Positions 24,601 through 36,767 of a stretch of DNA of 64,000 bases are shown here, piece after piece. The stretch is from the NCBI GenBank assembly GCA_030704615.1, contig CM060731.1, forward strand, positions 83,390,001-83,454,000, given 5' to 3'. A program made the position numbers and the translations under genes. Under the pieces are notes generated by a model. That model made no database searches, was not told the DNA's origin, and saw only the letters and a list, made by a program, of their open reading frames with translations. Source of the stretch: Takakia lepidozioides. Lineage: Eukaryota > Plantae > Bryophyta. Position 1 is the first letter of the stretch, and each line of letters starts with the position of its first letter.

Positions 24601-25588
24601 GGAACTTCAGTGCATTGAAACCTCACCTTCTCTTTCGCCTCCACACATGCCGTTGAGAGGTGATGTAGTTTCTCCAATTGCATGGTCGGCTGCATGGCCG
24701 AGAATAGTGTTTTGCAATCTCGGGATGAAGTCCTTTCCAAGTGTCGGATCTGCAATTGCCACCAGCTTCACAAGCTTTGACTTGTATTTGGTTCTGGACT
24801 TGACACCGGCTTCCTTCAAGTGCTCAGTCAATGACTGCAACGTTTTGACCTGCCCCTCACTCTCCATGAAGAAGCGTTTCGCATGGGCCAAATCCAGCTT
24901 GATGTTTGACTGCCAACAAAAACATGCAGAAGCGTTACATTCGATTCATGTAGAAAGATTACTGGAAATTGGGGAAGGATGAGCAGAGGGAAATTGGAGG
25001 ACGACTTACTTCGTATATCACCTCCACCATTCCATCCATAGTGAGACGATACCATGTCCGGTCTGTTTTTGCAACGGCTTTCTGAATGAGCTCGGGCTCC
25101 AGCATTTCCGCAAACATCTGCGGATCAGTGAGACCAGTTTTCCTCACCCTGTACAGCATATGTGCCATGTGGGTATGCACGTACGCATTCTCAGTGACCC
25201 TGCAAGGCACACTCTCCAGTTCAGTACACGGAAGCACGGAAACAAACCAGAATGGAAACCGAAATGCGGCACCGCATTTCGAACGTGCTAGGGAGGGTAT
25301 GAGTATCTTACGAGTTGAGGTCCGCCATGGCATTCTTGAGCAGGGAGGAGTCTGCCGCCTTCACCTTCAGGATGACACACTCCACCATGTAATGCCAGCC
25401 AATGTGCTTGGCATCACTGGTGGCTGGGTTGCCTGAGTGGCCTGCTGCTCGGAGATGGCAATCTCCTCCTGTAGACGCATCTGCTTCCTCCCCTTCGGCA
25501 TTGGCCTACGTCCGAAGTATAATTTCCGGAGCTTGCGACGAGGTCTCCTGTCTGGTGCACGAACTCCCCCCCTCTCAGGTTCGAGCAT
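21633..25588 (-). pseudogene. MULE-A multi-exon beta-class DNA amino-methyltransferase-like gene (ParB exon absent)
   Basis: Exons are homologous to B 47973-54113: RPRRKLRKLYFGRRP, RVTENAY..DRTWYRL, AHAKRFFMESE, PFFMAW..CPWYLD, CDMIILDIPDG..VLDDKGCVVVL, RYSRTRSPAFIQT, GASMWAG..DRHLFAYE, NVPFFARADFM. Motif I (LDLICGTG) is disrupted by a 1-bp deletion near 22522. Confidence 0.8.
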
Positions 25589-25884
25589 AAGAAGAACAGA
25601 GAGAGGGAAAAGGGGCAAAGAGTGCAGATCAAAAAGGGCGCGAGAGGCGTGACTGAGGAGACACGACAAAAGTAGATGAAACGGCGGTGATGCACCACTT
25701 GGGTTCGAAAGGGTTGGACGAAAGTATCTCCTCGTGGACTTTGCGTCATTACGAAATTCGAATCGTTCAGGGTACGCCTGCCGTCCGAAATACAAACATC
25801 ATTATCCAACGGTCAGGCCGCGCCGCCTCATGCCCCTTCAGTCAGATAGAGTGCCGACATGTGCAGCAATTCCGTTGCTCCACG

Positions 25885-27462
25885 TGTTCACATTTCAAGG
25901 CATTTCCGTCCCAGCGTCTGATGAGTTGGAGCGAAAATGCGAATGCGGCGCCGCATTTCCGTTAAGTACCATCACGAAGCTACACATCCGTACTTGTTGG
26001 AAGAAAATGCGGCACCGCATTTCCGTTCCACCTTCACATACCTTAGTTGTTGAACGGAAATACGGTGCCGCATTTCCGTCCCACACCTCCATGTATGAGA
26101 TTCAAAAGGGAAATGCGGCGCCGCATTTCCGTTCTGGAATGTCAAAAGGTGCGATTCGGACGGGAATGAGGCACAACATTTCAGTTCCCGTGGTTCATGA
26201 TTTTCAATGTGAACGGAAATGCGGTACCGCATTTCCGTTCCCCCTTCACATACGTTAGTTGATGAATGGAAATGCCGTGCCACATTTCCGTTCGGGAAAG
26301 TATAGAGGTCTCACCTGGACAGAAATGCGGTGCCGCATTTCCGGTCTGGAAAGTTTGAAGGTCTCACATGGATGGAAATGCGGCAACACATTTCCGTAGC
26401 ACAGCTCCAGGCCCCATATACAAAACGGAAATGCGGCGCCGCATTTCCGTTCTAGAATGTCGGAAGGTGCGACTCGGACGGAAATGCGGTGCCGCATTTC
26501 TGTTCCCGTTGCGCACGATTTTCAGTCAGAACGGAAATGCGGTACCGCATTTTCGTTCTGTAGAGTATTAACGTCTGACGCTGGCGGAAATGCTGTGCCG
26601 CATTTTCGTTCCACAGCTCCATGCCTCACATACAAACGGAAATGCGGCGCCGCATTTTCGTTTTGGAATGTCGGAAGGTGCGACTCCGACGGAAATGCGG
26701 TGCCGCATTTCCGTTCTGGAATGTTGGGAGGTGCGACTCGGATGGAAATACGCTGCCGCATTTCAGTTCCGATGGTTCACGATTTTCAGTCAGAACGGAA
26801 ATGCGGTACCGCATTTCCGTTCTGGATAGTATGAATGTCTCAAGCGGTCGGAATTGCGCTGTATGAAGCTGTCGGAATCGCACTCGGCTCCATGCATCAG
26901 ATACAAAATGGAAATGCGGCGCCGCATTTCTTCTGGAATGTCGGAAAGTGCGACTCGGACAGAAATGCGGTGCCACATTTCTGTTCCCGTTGTTCATAAT
27001 TCTCAATCAGAACGGAAATGCGGTACCGCATTTCCGTTCCACCTTCACATACCGTGCTTGGTGGATGGAAATGCGGTACCGCATTTCCGTTATGGAGAGT
27101 ATGAATGTCTTTTAAGGACGGAAATGTGCTGCAACATTTCTATCCCTCAGCTTCATGCATCAGATACAAAATGGAAATGCGGCGCCGCATTTCCGTTCTG
27201 GAATGTCGGAAAAGTGCGACTCGGACGGAAATGCGGTGCCGCATTTCTGTTCCCGTTGTTCATAATTCTCAATCAGAACGGAAACGCGGTACCGCATTTC
27301 CGTTCCACCTTCACATACCGTGCTTGCTGGATGGAAATGCATTACCGCATTTCCGTTCTGGAGAGTATAAAGGTTTCCCCCGGACGGAAACTCGGTGCCG
27401 CATTTCCGTCGCTCTGGTGCATGACCAAGAAGCAAAACGGAAATGCGGCGCCGTATTTCCGT
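25885..27462. repeat. A-type palindrome tandem array, 53-bp period
   Basis: About 30 copies of GGAAATGCGGYRCCGCATTTCC (e.g. at ~26216, 26269, 26322), between the divergent genes. Confidence 0.95.
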
Positions 27463-27886
27463 CCACCAGCAATCGAAAGAATCACTCGGGACGGGAAATC
27501 TGGAACCTGAATGGGTTGCATTGTTCCGAAACAACATTGCGGCCAGTCTTGATGAGCACAACTTGGTTGTCTGATCGTTTTAACTAACAGTCCTGGCACT
27601 TGTCAGTTCAAACGTTCCTGTCTGCACCGAGAATACTGCTGGATCCACCCTCAGGAGAAACTGTCAGGAGATGTTATTTCGTCGCCGAATCGGCCATCAT
27701 TGTCATACTTACTGGCTATGGAATCAAACCTCCCACCTTCATGCATGTAGCTTGAAACAATACTTTCCACTTCAATGTGCGACTTCCAATCGTCGATGGA
27801 CTCCGCAGATCCACTTAGATGGTGCCTGTGAGCCTTGGTCTGTCGCTATACTGAACCTCGCACTTGCCAACTCCGTGCGGTGTTCG

Positions 27887-30800
27887 ATGGCTCCGAATTC
27901 CTACGCTATAGCTTGTTGTCCTCCGCAACTTGGGAGAGCCTGGATCCCAAACGAGGGAGGACTTTGCAGAGTGACTGAAACTTACCTTTGTTCCAAATTC
28001 AAGCTCAAACCGGGCACAGTTTATTTGGAAGAAGAAAGGAAGGATGTTCCTGGACAGGTTGACGAGACCATTGTCGTGCTAGGTAACGACGGAGGTTGCG
28101 GAAACAAATGGCACGTTCCCCCGTCAGACACCATCCTGTACCGAGCTGTGGGAATGCCCATTCCCTTTCCGAATCAGTCGCTGCCCACACCATCCACGTC
28201 CGGAAACCGAGAGGCGGCCACTGCCAACAGAGAGGTATGCAACGATAATCATTCCCGACCTGGACCGTCAAGACCCTCCATAGCTTCTCGTGTGGACGTA
28301 TTCGACATTTCCGACGAGGAAGATGATTGCATTGAGGTACCCATGTCCTCCACACGGTCGTTCAAATCCAGCATGGACGTCTCTGTCGGTGCTACGAATG
28401 TGCCCTCGAGCATAACTCCAACCCGGTCCATTGTGCAGCTCCTACGACAACATCACCTCGATGGTTCTCGCTCCGAGCTGGCTGCTCTTGACTATGCCAA
28501 ATTCCCAGTCAGAAAGGTAACGTTTCTGCCTCCCGAAGTCGATGGCAATGTCATCTTCGAGTTTCCACCTGTTTCTTCGTCAAACAAAGCCTCCGGGATG
28601 TTAACAGACATGGATCAAAAGCATGACGGACACCCCTGGTGTGTGATGAAGACCAGTAGCACAAAAATTGCTGATGGTGTTCATGTACGATATGTCCTCT
28701 GTGCGGGGAAGCTGAGGTGCCTCAATCCCACCTGCTTCCACTTTCTCTCCAAAGGAGGGCGGAGAAACGAGACGGATTGGACTGGCACAACGCATCATCC
28801 ATTCATTGTCTCCAGCCAAGCTCCTGCGGGTTCTTTCAAGTGTGCACATTGCAAAGAACCACCGACGTGCATGTCCATGTGCAGAGCCAAGCAATATTAC
28901 GTTATCCATTTGCTCCCGGACTTGACTAGAGCTTGCATACACGTTGGGGTCCACTGCCACCCCTTGGCAAGAGGCAACATGCGTGAGGCTGTGCAGGAAG
29001 CACACGACATCATAAAAGAGGAGGTGAAATTGAGCCCCGAAGCCAGACCAAAGCAGATTCAGCTGAAGGCAGCCCACAAGATTGCTCTTGGCACAATCAT
29101 GTCTGAAGATTGTTCCGACCGAGAGCCCTTGACTGAAGACGAGATGCGTGACCTCTTGGAGTCCGTCTCGCACGTTTGTAGTCCGAATGTGCGGAATCAC
29201 ATCGTATCTTGCAAGCAGGAGTTCGGCAGGGGGTCAGACATGTACTCAATCCTGGAGGTGAAGCGAATGACTGGATATGACTACATCCAAGGTAGCAGGT
29301 TTCCAGGGCAAGGCAGCAAATCCAATCGTTGTTACATTTTCAAAATGTCGACGTGTGGGCCTGGGAGTGGAGTCGACTTGGTCACTCGCATGACAACTGG
29401 AAACTTGTCGAATGCTTGGGTGATGTTTGATCACATCAAGCGAATTACAAACCATCAGTGGGTGACTATGGGTGCGCATGTTTATGACTATCACTCCAAG
29501 AGGCTCATGACAATTGCAATCTGCGAGATGAAAGGGGGGGACACACAGTCCGAGATGCATCTGTGGGAGGGCATAAACAAGCAGATGGCAAGGGCGGGAT
29601 TGCCAAAGCCCAATTTCAGGGGATTCATGGCAGACAACGCTCAGGCCAACTGGGCAGCGGTGCGGCGTGTGTACGGTGAGGACCCCAATGTTCCAATGGA
29701 GGGGAAAGAGAGATCCTGTGGATTCCATTGGATGCAGAGTCTATCCCACTACACTACCAAATTTGTTGCTAGCTCATTCCAGGCTGAACACCGTGTCCTT
29801 TGTACGGCGTGGAAGGATGCACCCACATTTGATGACGCGGAGGTTAAGTTTGCTATCATCGAGGCTTGGTGGAACACGTCAGGTGCAGTGGAGACAACCA
29901 ATCTGGGAGCATTGCACAGCTGGTTGGGGTGGTGGCATTTTCGGTATCGACAGTTCGGATAGTACATGCGGGAGGTAGGCTGCTGTCAATTTCGTTCATT
30001 TGTCTTTCTGTTACGGACATTTCGATTGGTCCCTCACCATTGTTTGTGTCCTTCTAGGAGCGGTGCTTGGATTCCGACACGGACATGCCGAACACGAATA
30101 TGGCAGAATCGGTCCACTCCTCCTGGCGAGCGTCTTCTGCCGCACATCTGGTGGACGTAGTGACGGCCACAACGGAGGACATCGACAGAGCAATCATGCA
30201 GCAAGCCACGTACTACAAGTTCCTGAGCGGCAAACAATGGGGCTTTGGGCCAGACAGGGAGGAATTGTTGGTACGAACAGCTTCGAGGTCCAAGAATTCA
30301 GTGAAATGGGCGACAGCATTGCGAGAGAAGATCAAAGGGACGCCTCTGCACCGCAGAGGTGAACACCTAGAGGGGGACGTCCGGACTCGCCCTGTCAGGC
30401 GGAGGATTGAAGAGGAACCCGGGTGCGAAGAGGATTCCTGGAGATCCGACAGGAACATTCGGACAGCACCTCGAGGTCCCGTCATGTTGCCGCACAATGT
30501 GTCTTCCAGCAGTGGAAGCCCAAAAAATTCCAGATCGCCGTCGCCTTCAACCGGGGATTTCGTGCAAAAAATTCCCACCGCTCCCTTGCCCCAGATTCCG
30601 CCCGCTGTTATGCAGTATGGCCAAGCCATTGTGGAGACGACTGTGTCTGCATCACAGTGGAGAATTGCTCGCACAAAGCCGTCGTTTTGAGGAAGGTGTT
30701 CCGCAATTCGTGTGGATACACGGCAACGTTGTTTAGAGATGATAAGGAGGAATCCAGATGGGGCTGTCCCTGCTCCTACTTTTACAGGAAGATTTGTCCA

Positions 30801-31190
30801 TGCAAAGTTTGCGGAGGCGACAACCACCCAGTTCTGGTTCTGCAGGCACGACATTATGACTTGCGTGTATGGAAAGCCCAAGTACGGCATACAAACAATG
30901 CCAGAGGCTCCCCCGGTGTGGCCGGTGGAACCAGGCTGCGATCTGAGTCAGGTTGAGGCCAACGCCCTTACCGCCGCATGATTTCGGATGGTGCAGCGCA
31001 CTGACGTCCCCAGAGAACCATTTCCGCTTCCACAGCCTCCACCACCGACCCCTGTGAGAGCAAGAACAATGGGACACGACAGCTCTAAGCATCCTACACA
31101 CCGTTGGGGGAAACCGAAGAGGCGGCGACCTCCCTCAAAAGTGAACGAGACAAGGATGGGGAATGCACTTCGGATGAACTGTACAATCCA
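27887..31190 (+). pseudogene. MULE-A transposase (GCM-like zinc domain + MULE DDE); SWIM end displaced to 54774-55053
   Basis: HDGHPW..CAGKLRC..C..CAHC..C..HVGVHCHP; VMFD, FMAD, CGFH and TNMAES (DDE plus CxxH). GT-AG intron 29975-30057. Stops at 29960, 30688 and 30979. Confidence 0.85.
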
Positions 31191-32218
31191 AAATGGCGCC
31201 AAATTTCCAGTTTCGGTGCCATCCACCCTTGGGACTTAGCCATTTCTTGGCCCCGGAACTGGGAATTCGGCGCCATTTTTCCAAGTTGGGTACAAAAATG
31301 GCTAAGTCCCAGAAGGGGCTGGCCCCCAACCTGGAAAAATGCCGCCGAATTTCTAGTTTCCGTGCCATCCACCCTGGGGACTTAGCCATTTCTTGGCCTC
31401 GGAACTGGAAATTCGGCACCATTTTTCCAAGTTGGATCCAAAATTGGCCAAGTCCCAGAAGGGGCTGGCCCCCAACCTGGAAAAATGGCGCCGAATTTCC
31501 AGTATCGGTGCCAGCCACCCCAAGGAATTAGCCGTTTCCGGAGGCCGGAACTGGAAATCCGGCGCCATTTTTCCCGGTTGGGTCCCAAAGTGGCTAAGTC
31601 CCAGAAGGGGCTGCCTCGTCCATTGGAAAAATGGTGCCGAATTTCCAGTTTTGTTGCCCGGCACCCAGGGGACTTAGCCATTTATGGGCCGCTGCACTGG
31701 ATATTCGACGTCGTTTTTCCAGTTTCCGAGCCAGCCGCTCAGGGGACTTGGCCATTTTGGCCCCCCATGTGGAAAAATGGCGCCGAATTTCCAGTATCGG
31801 GGGCCAGAAATGGCTGTCTCGGGTGCAGCAGGCCCCCGCCACATGGAAATTCGGCGCCATTTTTACAGTTTCAGGCCGAAACAGTAACCTCATTCCTGGG
31901 ACCTAATTCTCTGTGGGATTCTTGAATGCAGGTGCTGCAAGTTCTCCCTGTTGGAGAAAGGTCATTTGGCCTTCGAGCCGCCCTTCTTCCTCGCATGGCG
32001 GAACCCTGGCGCTGACTCCATGTACACTTATGTTATGGTGAAGGAGTGGCATCTGGAGCATTTGCGTGACTGCCCTTGGTATGTGGACCTTCCGCCCGAC
32101 TCGCTCGACGCGTCGGAGTTTCAATTGAAGCTGGATGCTGAGGCCCGCCGAAACCGCGCCCCGCTGCTTCCGCTGGATCCAAAGGAGGCAAAAGCGCTTG
32201 CCAAGTCCAGGAAAGCGG
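31191..32218 (+). pseudogene. MULE-D fragment: intronic B-type palindrome array and following exon
   Basis: GGCGCC-centred palindromes every ~73 bp (146-bp dimer), then TGCAG acceptor and CKFSLLEKGHLAFEPPFFLAWRNPGADSMY, as in B at 51766. Confidence 0.85.
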
Positions 32219-33721
32219 TGTAGTGTGAATGCAGGGGAGTGACATTACATTTTGTCTTACCGTTAAGACCCTGCATCACTACAACGGGAGTGCCCGTTGT
32301 ACAACTACAGGAGGGATATATCCCTGCATACAGGTAATTTCATGGGCATACTGTGCTTATGCTTTGCCAGGATAAAAATGGCTAAGTCATGACCATGCGT
32401 ATTTTCATCCGTAGGATGCACGTTTTCATCCCAGGTGTTTAACCTAGAAATGCGGGTTGAGGAAAACGAAAAGGAAGATGACGGGCAACTCTTAGCAGCT
32501 GTTGCGAGCAGTGGGGTTGTCAGGGCCGTCTGTTTGTGGGAGGTTGTACCTACGCTATGGGACTCTGCTTGGTTTTGAGAGCGGCATTAAGTGCTTCTGC
32601 TTGGTATTCTGTGTAAGGGAAAGCGGTGCCGCTTCTCTCGTAGTGATGATCAATTCCTGGAGTAGGAGCATGTAAGAAGGGCGGCGCACCACCGCTGTCG
32701 CCATTGCCTTGAAGAAAACAGTTATGGGCAGATGAGCAAGCAAGGAAAACGGCCAGCTGCCGGAAGCACAAGGAAGTGAGTTGTGGGCACAATCAATGGA
32801 GGGGATGAGGCATGTGAAGTGCTGGCTGGATGGCAACTCAGGTTATCTGTAATCAAAGCTTATAGCTGCTTTTGTGTCATCTTACTATAGGACCATATCA
32901 ATTCTTAGGGAAGAATTGCACGCATAGAAGGATAGAGTATTTAGTTGGCAAGCCACAGGATGTTCCATAGGATGAAGAGGAGCCATCATGGCATGATAAA
33001 TACTGGAATCAAGACAAGGAGAATAGGTTGAAGTGGCTGCTGACAGGCGATGGTGAGGTGCCATCTTGGCAGGCAGATCCACCGCTTCGCTGGAGGATAA
33101 AACAGATAAGTTCGTAGACTGTGGGCTTTGGTTTTTGGGGGAGTGGTGACTTAGAAATCATTTTGGTGTGGATTTAGGACTGGCTCTATGTAGAGGAGAA
33201 GGAGGTAGAGATATGTGATGGAGGAAAAGGTTTTGGAAATGGAATGGAGACTCTGAAACTTCAAACCAGGATAGGGAAAGGATGGATGCACCTGATGTTA
33301 TAGTGTCGGTAGGAGAAATGAGTGGTGGAGAGACTGCTTGTCACTGAATCAGAATGGTCACTGTTTATCTTCATTCTTGTTCTTTGTTTCAGTGTTATGA
33401 ACCTGCACACAATGTTGCCCTGGGTATTGATACACTGGAACCAATGTAGGCCTAGCTTGGCTGATTGAAAACACCAGTGAGGGTTAGTTAGAACTGTTGA
33501 AAACAGAGAAAGGATAATGTGGAAGGGGAGGCAACACCGGCACTGATTTGTTTTTCTCTTGGAACTAGTTTCCAGCATGGTCTCAGGGTATGAACAACTG
33601 AGGTTCATAGTTGAAGGGAAAAGAGGGCTGTTGGGGTATTTGGTTGAAACCTATAGAAAGGCTGAGAGCTGTTTGGGCAATTGCTTCTTTTGGAAAAAGG
33701 TAGTGTGAAGGGCTGGTCATT

Positions 33722-33793
<72 letters not shown>

Positions 33794-34468
33794 ATGAATG
33801 GGATGGTTATGCCTTGTGTGACCGAGGATGATTTCAAGGCTGGGTGCACTGGATGCCTGGCTGAGTTGTGCATTGCATTGCATGGTAGATATGCTGCTGT
33901 TGAAGAAGTGAGGAACCTGTAGACCAAGATTAGAGAGAGAGAGAAAAGGATTTGGGAAGGGAGAGAGCTGCTCAGTAAAAGGGGTTGATGGGGGATGGCC
34001 AATTTGGGGAAATAAGATGAAGAAAACATGAACGCCCAGTGGCCCTGCAGTTCATGGCAGATCTGAGCTGCCTCCCTCTAAATCTGTGTCACCATTACAA
34101 AAGGGGGCTTCCGACGTGTCACTGCTCAAGGGAGCTTCACATTAAGGGTCGTGTTCAGCGCTGTCATAGGGCTGGTTGCATCACAGAAAAGATCATGGCA
34201 GCACTGTTGGCGCTGTGATCATAGGGCAAGGATGTTGTATAAAAATAGAACCAAGACCAAGAACAATTCAAAACTCCCCATCCATGTCTTCTCTTCCGCT
34301 GCGGCGTGGATGAGGATTGCATGAACTCTGATCACGAACAAACTAAGGGAAATCCACAGCCATGTGAAGATGGTTGGATCACTAGAACGTTCCTTCCTTT
34401 TGCTTTGCCTTCAACTGAGGAGGAGTACAGATTAGAATCACCCAGAAGGGGATTCACGCCCCTTCTTT
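32219..34468 (+). repeat. Gypsy-X 5' LTR (~2.25 kb)
   Basis: Starts TGTAGTGTGAATGC; three copies in the window; (GA)n at 33725-33790. The terminal CACACTACA is missing before the PBS. Confidence 0.9.
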
Positions 34469-34480
34469 TGGTATCAGAGC
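34469..34480 (+). promoter_or_regulatory. Primer binding site, initiator tRNA-Met
   Basis: TGGTATCAGAGC immediately after the LTR; canonical plant tRNA-iMet PBS. Confidence 0.93.
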
Positions 34481-34521
34481 TTCGTTAAATCGTGATATCT
34501 ACTAGCTAGGGATCTTGATTT

Positions 34522-34848
34522 GTGTTGGATGGTTTGATGGCAGGTAGAGACCATACACTGATTCCTGATGAACCAAGCATTGGAGAGGTGCTGATTTGCT
34601 TCAGCCGACGCTCACCAAATGCCTACGCAGACCCTTGTTTGTACTTCTTCAACCCTGCTTGGAGAATAGCTGATGGTGATTTATGTCTTAGAGTGATACA
34701 TGCTGGTGGAAGAACAACCATAGTACTTTGGATAAGAGAGTTAGGAAGGTGGGAGAAGATAAATACCATGGCACGAGAAGTGACATGGGGAGGTAGAGTA
34801 GAGATGTTGCGAAATGGACAGTGGGAGTGGTATAGAGGTCAGCATTAA
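34522..34848 (+). CDS. Small ORF between the PBS and gag of Gypsy-X
   Basis: Uninterrupted ~103-108 aa Trp-rich sense ORF upstream of gag; no recognised domain. Confidence 0.4.
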   Translation: MLDGLMAGRDHTLIPDEPSIGEVLICFSRRSPNAYADPCLYFFNPAWRIADGDLCLRVIHAGGRTTIVLWIRELGRWEKINTMAREVTWGGRVEMLRNGQWEWYRGQH

Positions 34849-34920
34849 GGGTGTTGCAGAAAAATTAGAATCAGAATTAGGTGTTAAAAGCAGTTTGAAC
34901 TCAGACTAGAGAGTAGAAGA

Positions 34921-36758
34921 ATGACCAGTCCAACTAGCATAGATGTGCCTTATCATGGTAGGAATAGTGAAGATGTGAATGACTGGCTGGAAAGGATTCA
35001 GATGGAGGCAGATGTCAGAGATTTAAATGAGGATAAAACCTTCAAGGTAGCAAGGCTCAACCTGAGAGCCAAGGCTGATGAATGGTACCGTAAACAAAAC
35101 CCTAGACCAGGCAACTGGGAAGATTTCAGGGCAGCCATATCAGCCAAGTTTGGTGTCATTGACTTGGCAGAAATCAGGCTGAGGATGGATACCATCAAAC
35201 AGGAAAATAGACAAAGGGTTCAGACATACTTTGATAGGTTGAACCGGTTGTTTATAAGAAGTGGGGCGTCTGATTTGGAATAGAGGCGTAGATTTGCAGC
35301 AGGTTTGAGACCTGAAATAGCAAGAGTAATGCTGGGCAGGCGCTTCTCTGATGTAGAGGAAGCACTTGAGACAGCCATTGAGATTGAGAGGGGCCTGGGA
35401 AAGTTGGGGGAAATACCTCTAGAGCCATTGGAAGGAGATGATACAGATGAGTCAGTTGTGTTTGTCAACCCTGTGGACAGAAGACTCGATCAGCTAAACA
35501 CTACCTACAGAAGTACTTTGATAGGGGACCAGTCATAGGAGAAAGCTCTGGATCTAGAACACCTCCTCGTGTTCGCCTTTGTAACGTTTGTCATAAAGAA
35601 GGTCACATAGCTACATATTGTCCTGAAGGAAGAACCCAAGCTAAGTGTGACAAATGTCACCGGTTTGGGCATTCCACGGAAATGTGTGGTGTGAGATGCA
35701 ACTTTTGCAAGGTACTAGGGCATACAAAGAGTGAGTGCAGTAGAAAACTTGACCAGACTATGATGGGAACTCCTGGAACTAACTTTGTAGATGTGTTCTA
35801 TGATGATGAGGATGATGTACTCGCAGAAATGACAGATCTGATGTCACAAAACAGTATCAATGAAGTCAGACTTCCAAGGACGCGTATCCCTGTCCAGAGT
35901 CCTACTGTTGAACCTACAGAGTCACTAGAGAGGAATGGTGAGAGCAGTGAACAGCCAAGCAAGACCAAGAGTGAGATCTACCCAAAGAACAATTTCAAAG
36001 CTGCCATAGAAGGAGGTACTAAATCCAAAATCCTGAACCACTTCTACAAGGGGAGAATATCCTTGTCTCCCATGGACCTAATCATGACTGTGCCCGGAGA
36101 GTTAGACAAATTAAAGGGGCTGGTCAAAGTGGTGGAAAGGGCAATGGTACAACAAAAGGAGACAACTCACAGTGTAGAAATTGTGAGGGATGTTCCAAGG
36201 CCTTTGTACTCAGCACACGCTGAGCCCACGATCTCGTATGCTTATACTGGTAAGGTTAAAGCGCTTCATGTAATGATTACAATGGGAGATTACCAAGTAT
36301 TAGGCCAAATTGACACCGGTGCCATGCTTTCTGTAATATCCGCAAGTATAGTCAGGGATCTTGGTCTGATGGGATCTGTTGTTACTGATAAGGATGTAAA
36401 TTACAGAGTAGCCTCAGGTGCTCTTGAGACTGCAATGGGCAGACTTGAGGACATCAAGGTCAAAGTAGGAGAGCTGACCAATCGCTTGTCCTTTATGGTG
36501 GTAAACACGGATACGTATCACATGCTTTTGGGCTTGGACTTTCTCAAAAAGTTTGGCGCGGTAGTTGACACCGAAGCTGAAATGATTCATGTACGCTATG
36601 GGCCAGGAAAGGATTTTGCTCACTTCCCTTTGCACACTATAAATTATAATGAGCCTGCAGTCACCAGAACAGCCTACCACAGAGGGGATGAGGGCAGAGT
36701 AAGGTATGCAAGCACTACGTCAGCAGGAAATGTCTTGACCCTGACATCAGATGAATAG
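34921..36758 (+). pseudogene. gag: Gypsy-X gag-protease
   Basis: YHGRNSEDVNDWLE..LRAKADEWY..W..F; three CCHC knuckles (e.g. CNFCKVLGHTKSEC); protease IDTGAMLSVIS..MLLGLDFL; stops and a frameshift. Confidence 0.88.
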
Positions 36759-36767
36759 TACCTAGGT

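Larger units (their letters stand above)
18393..31190. mobile_element. MULE-A main body (restored element ~13.9 kb with 54343-55053 and 40768-41187)
   Basis: TIR GGGGGCTGCTATTTCATGAGC at 18393 followed by CATGAGC repeats. The flank 18384-18392 (revcomp GGGCGGAGC) matches 40759-40767 GGGCGCAGC as a 9-bp TSD with one mismatch. Contains the transposase and MTase genes. Confidence 0.85.

Noticed and set aside
25885-27462. CRISPR-like array (palindromic ~22-bp repeat with ~31-bp spacers)
   Set aside because: Spacers recur as higher-order duplicates rather than being unique, no cas genes are present, and the context is a spliced eukaryotic transposon.
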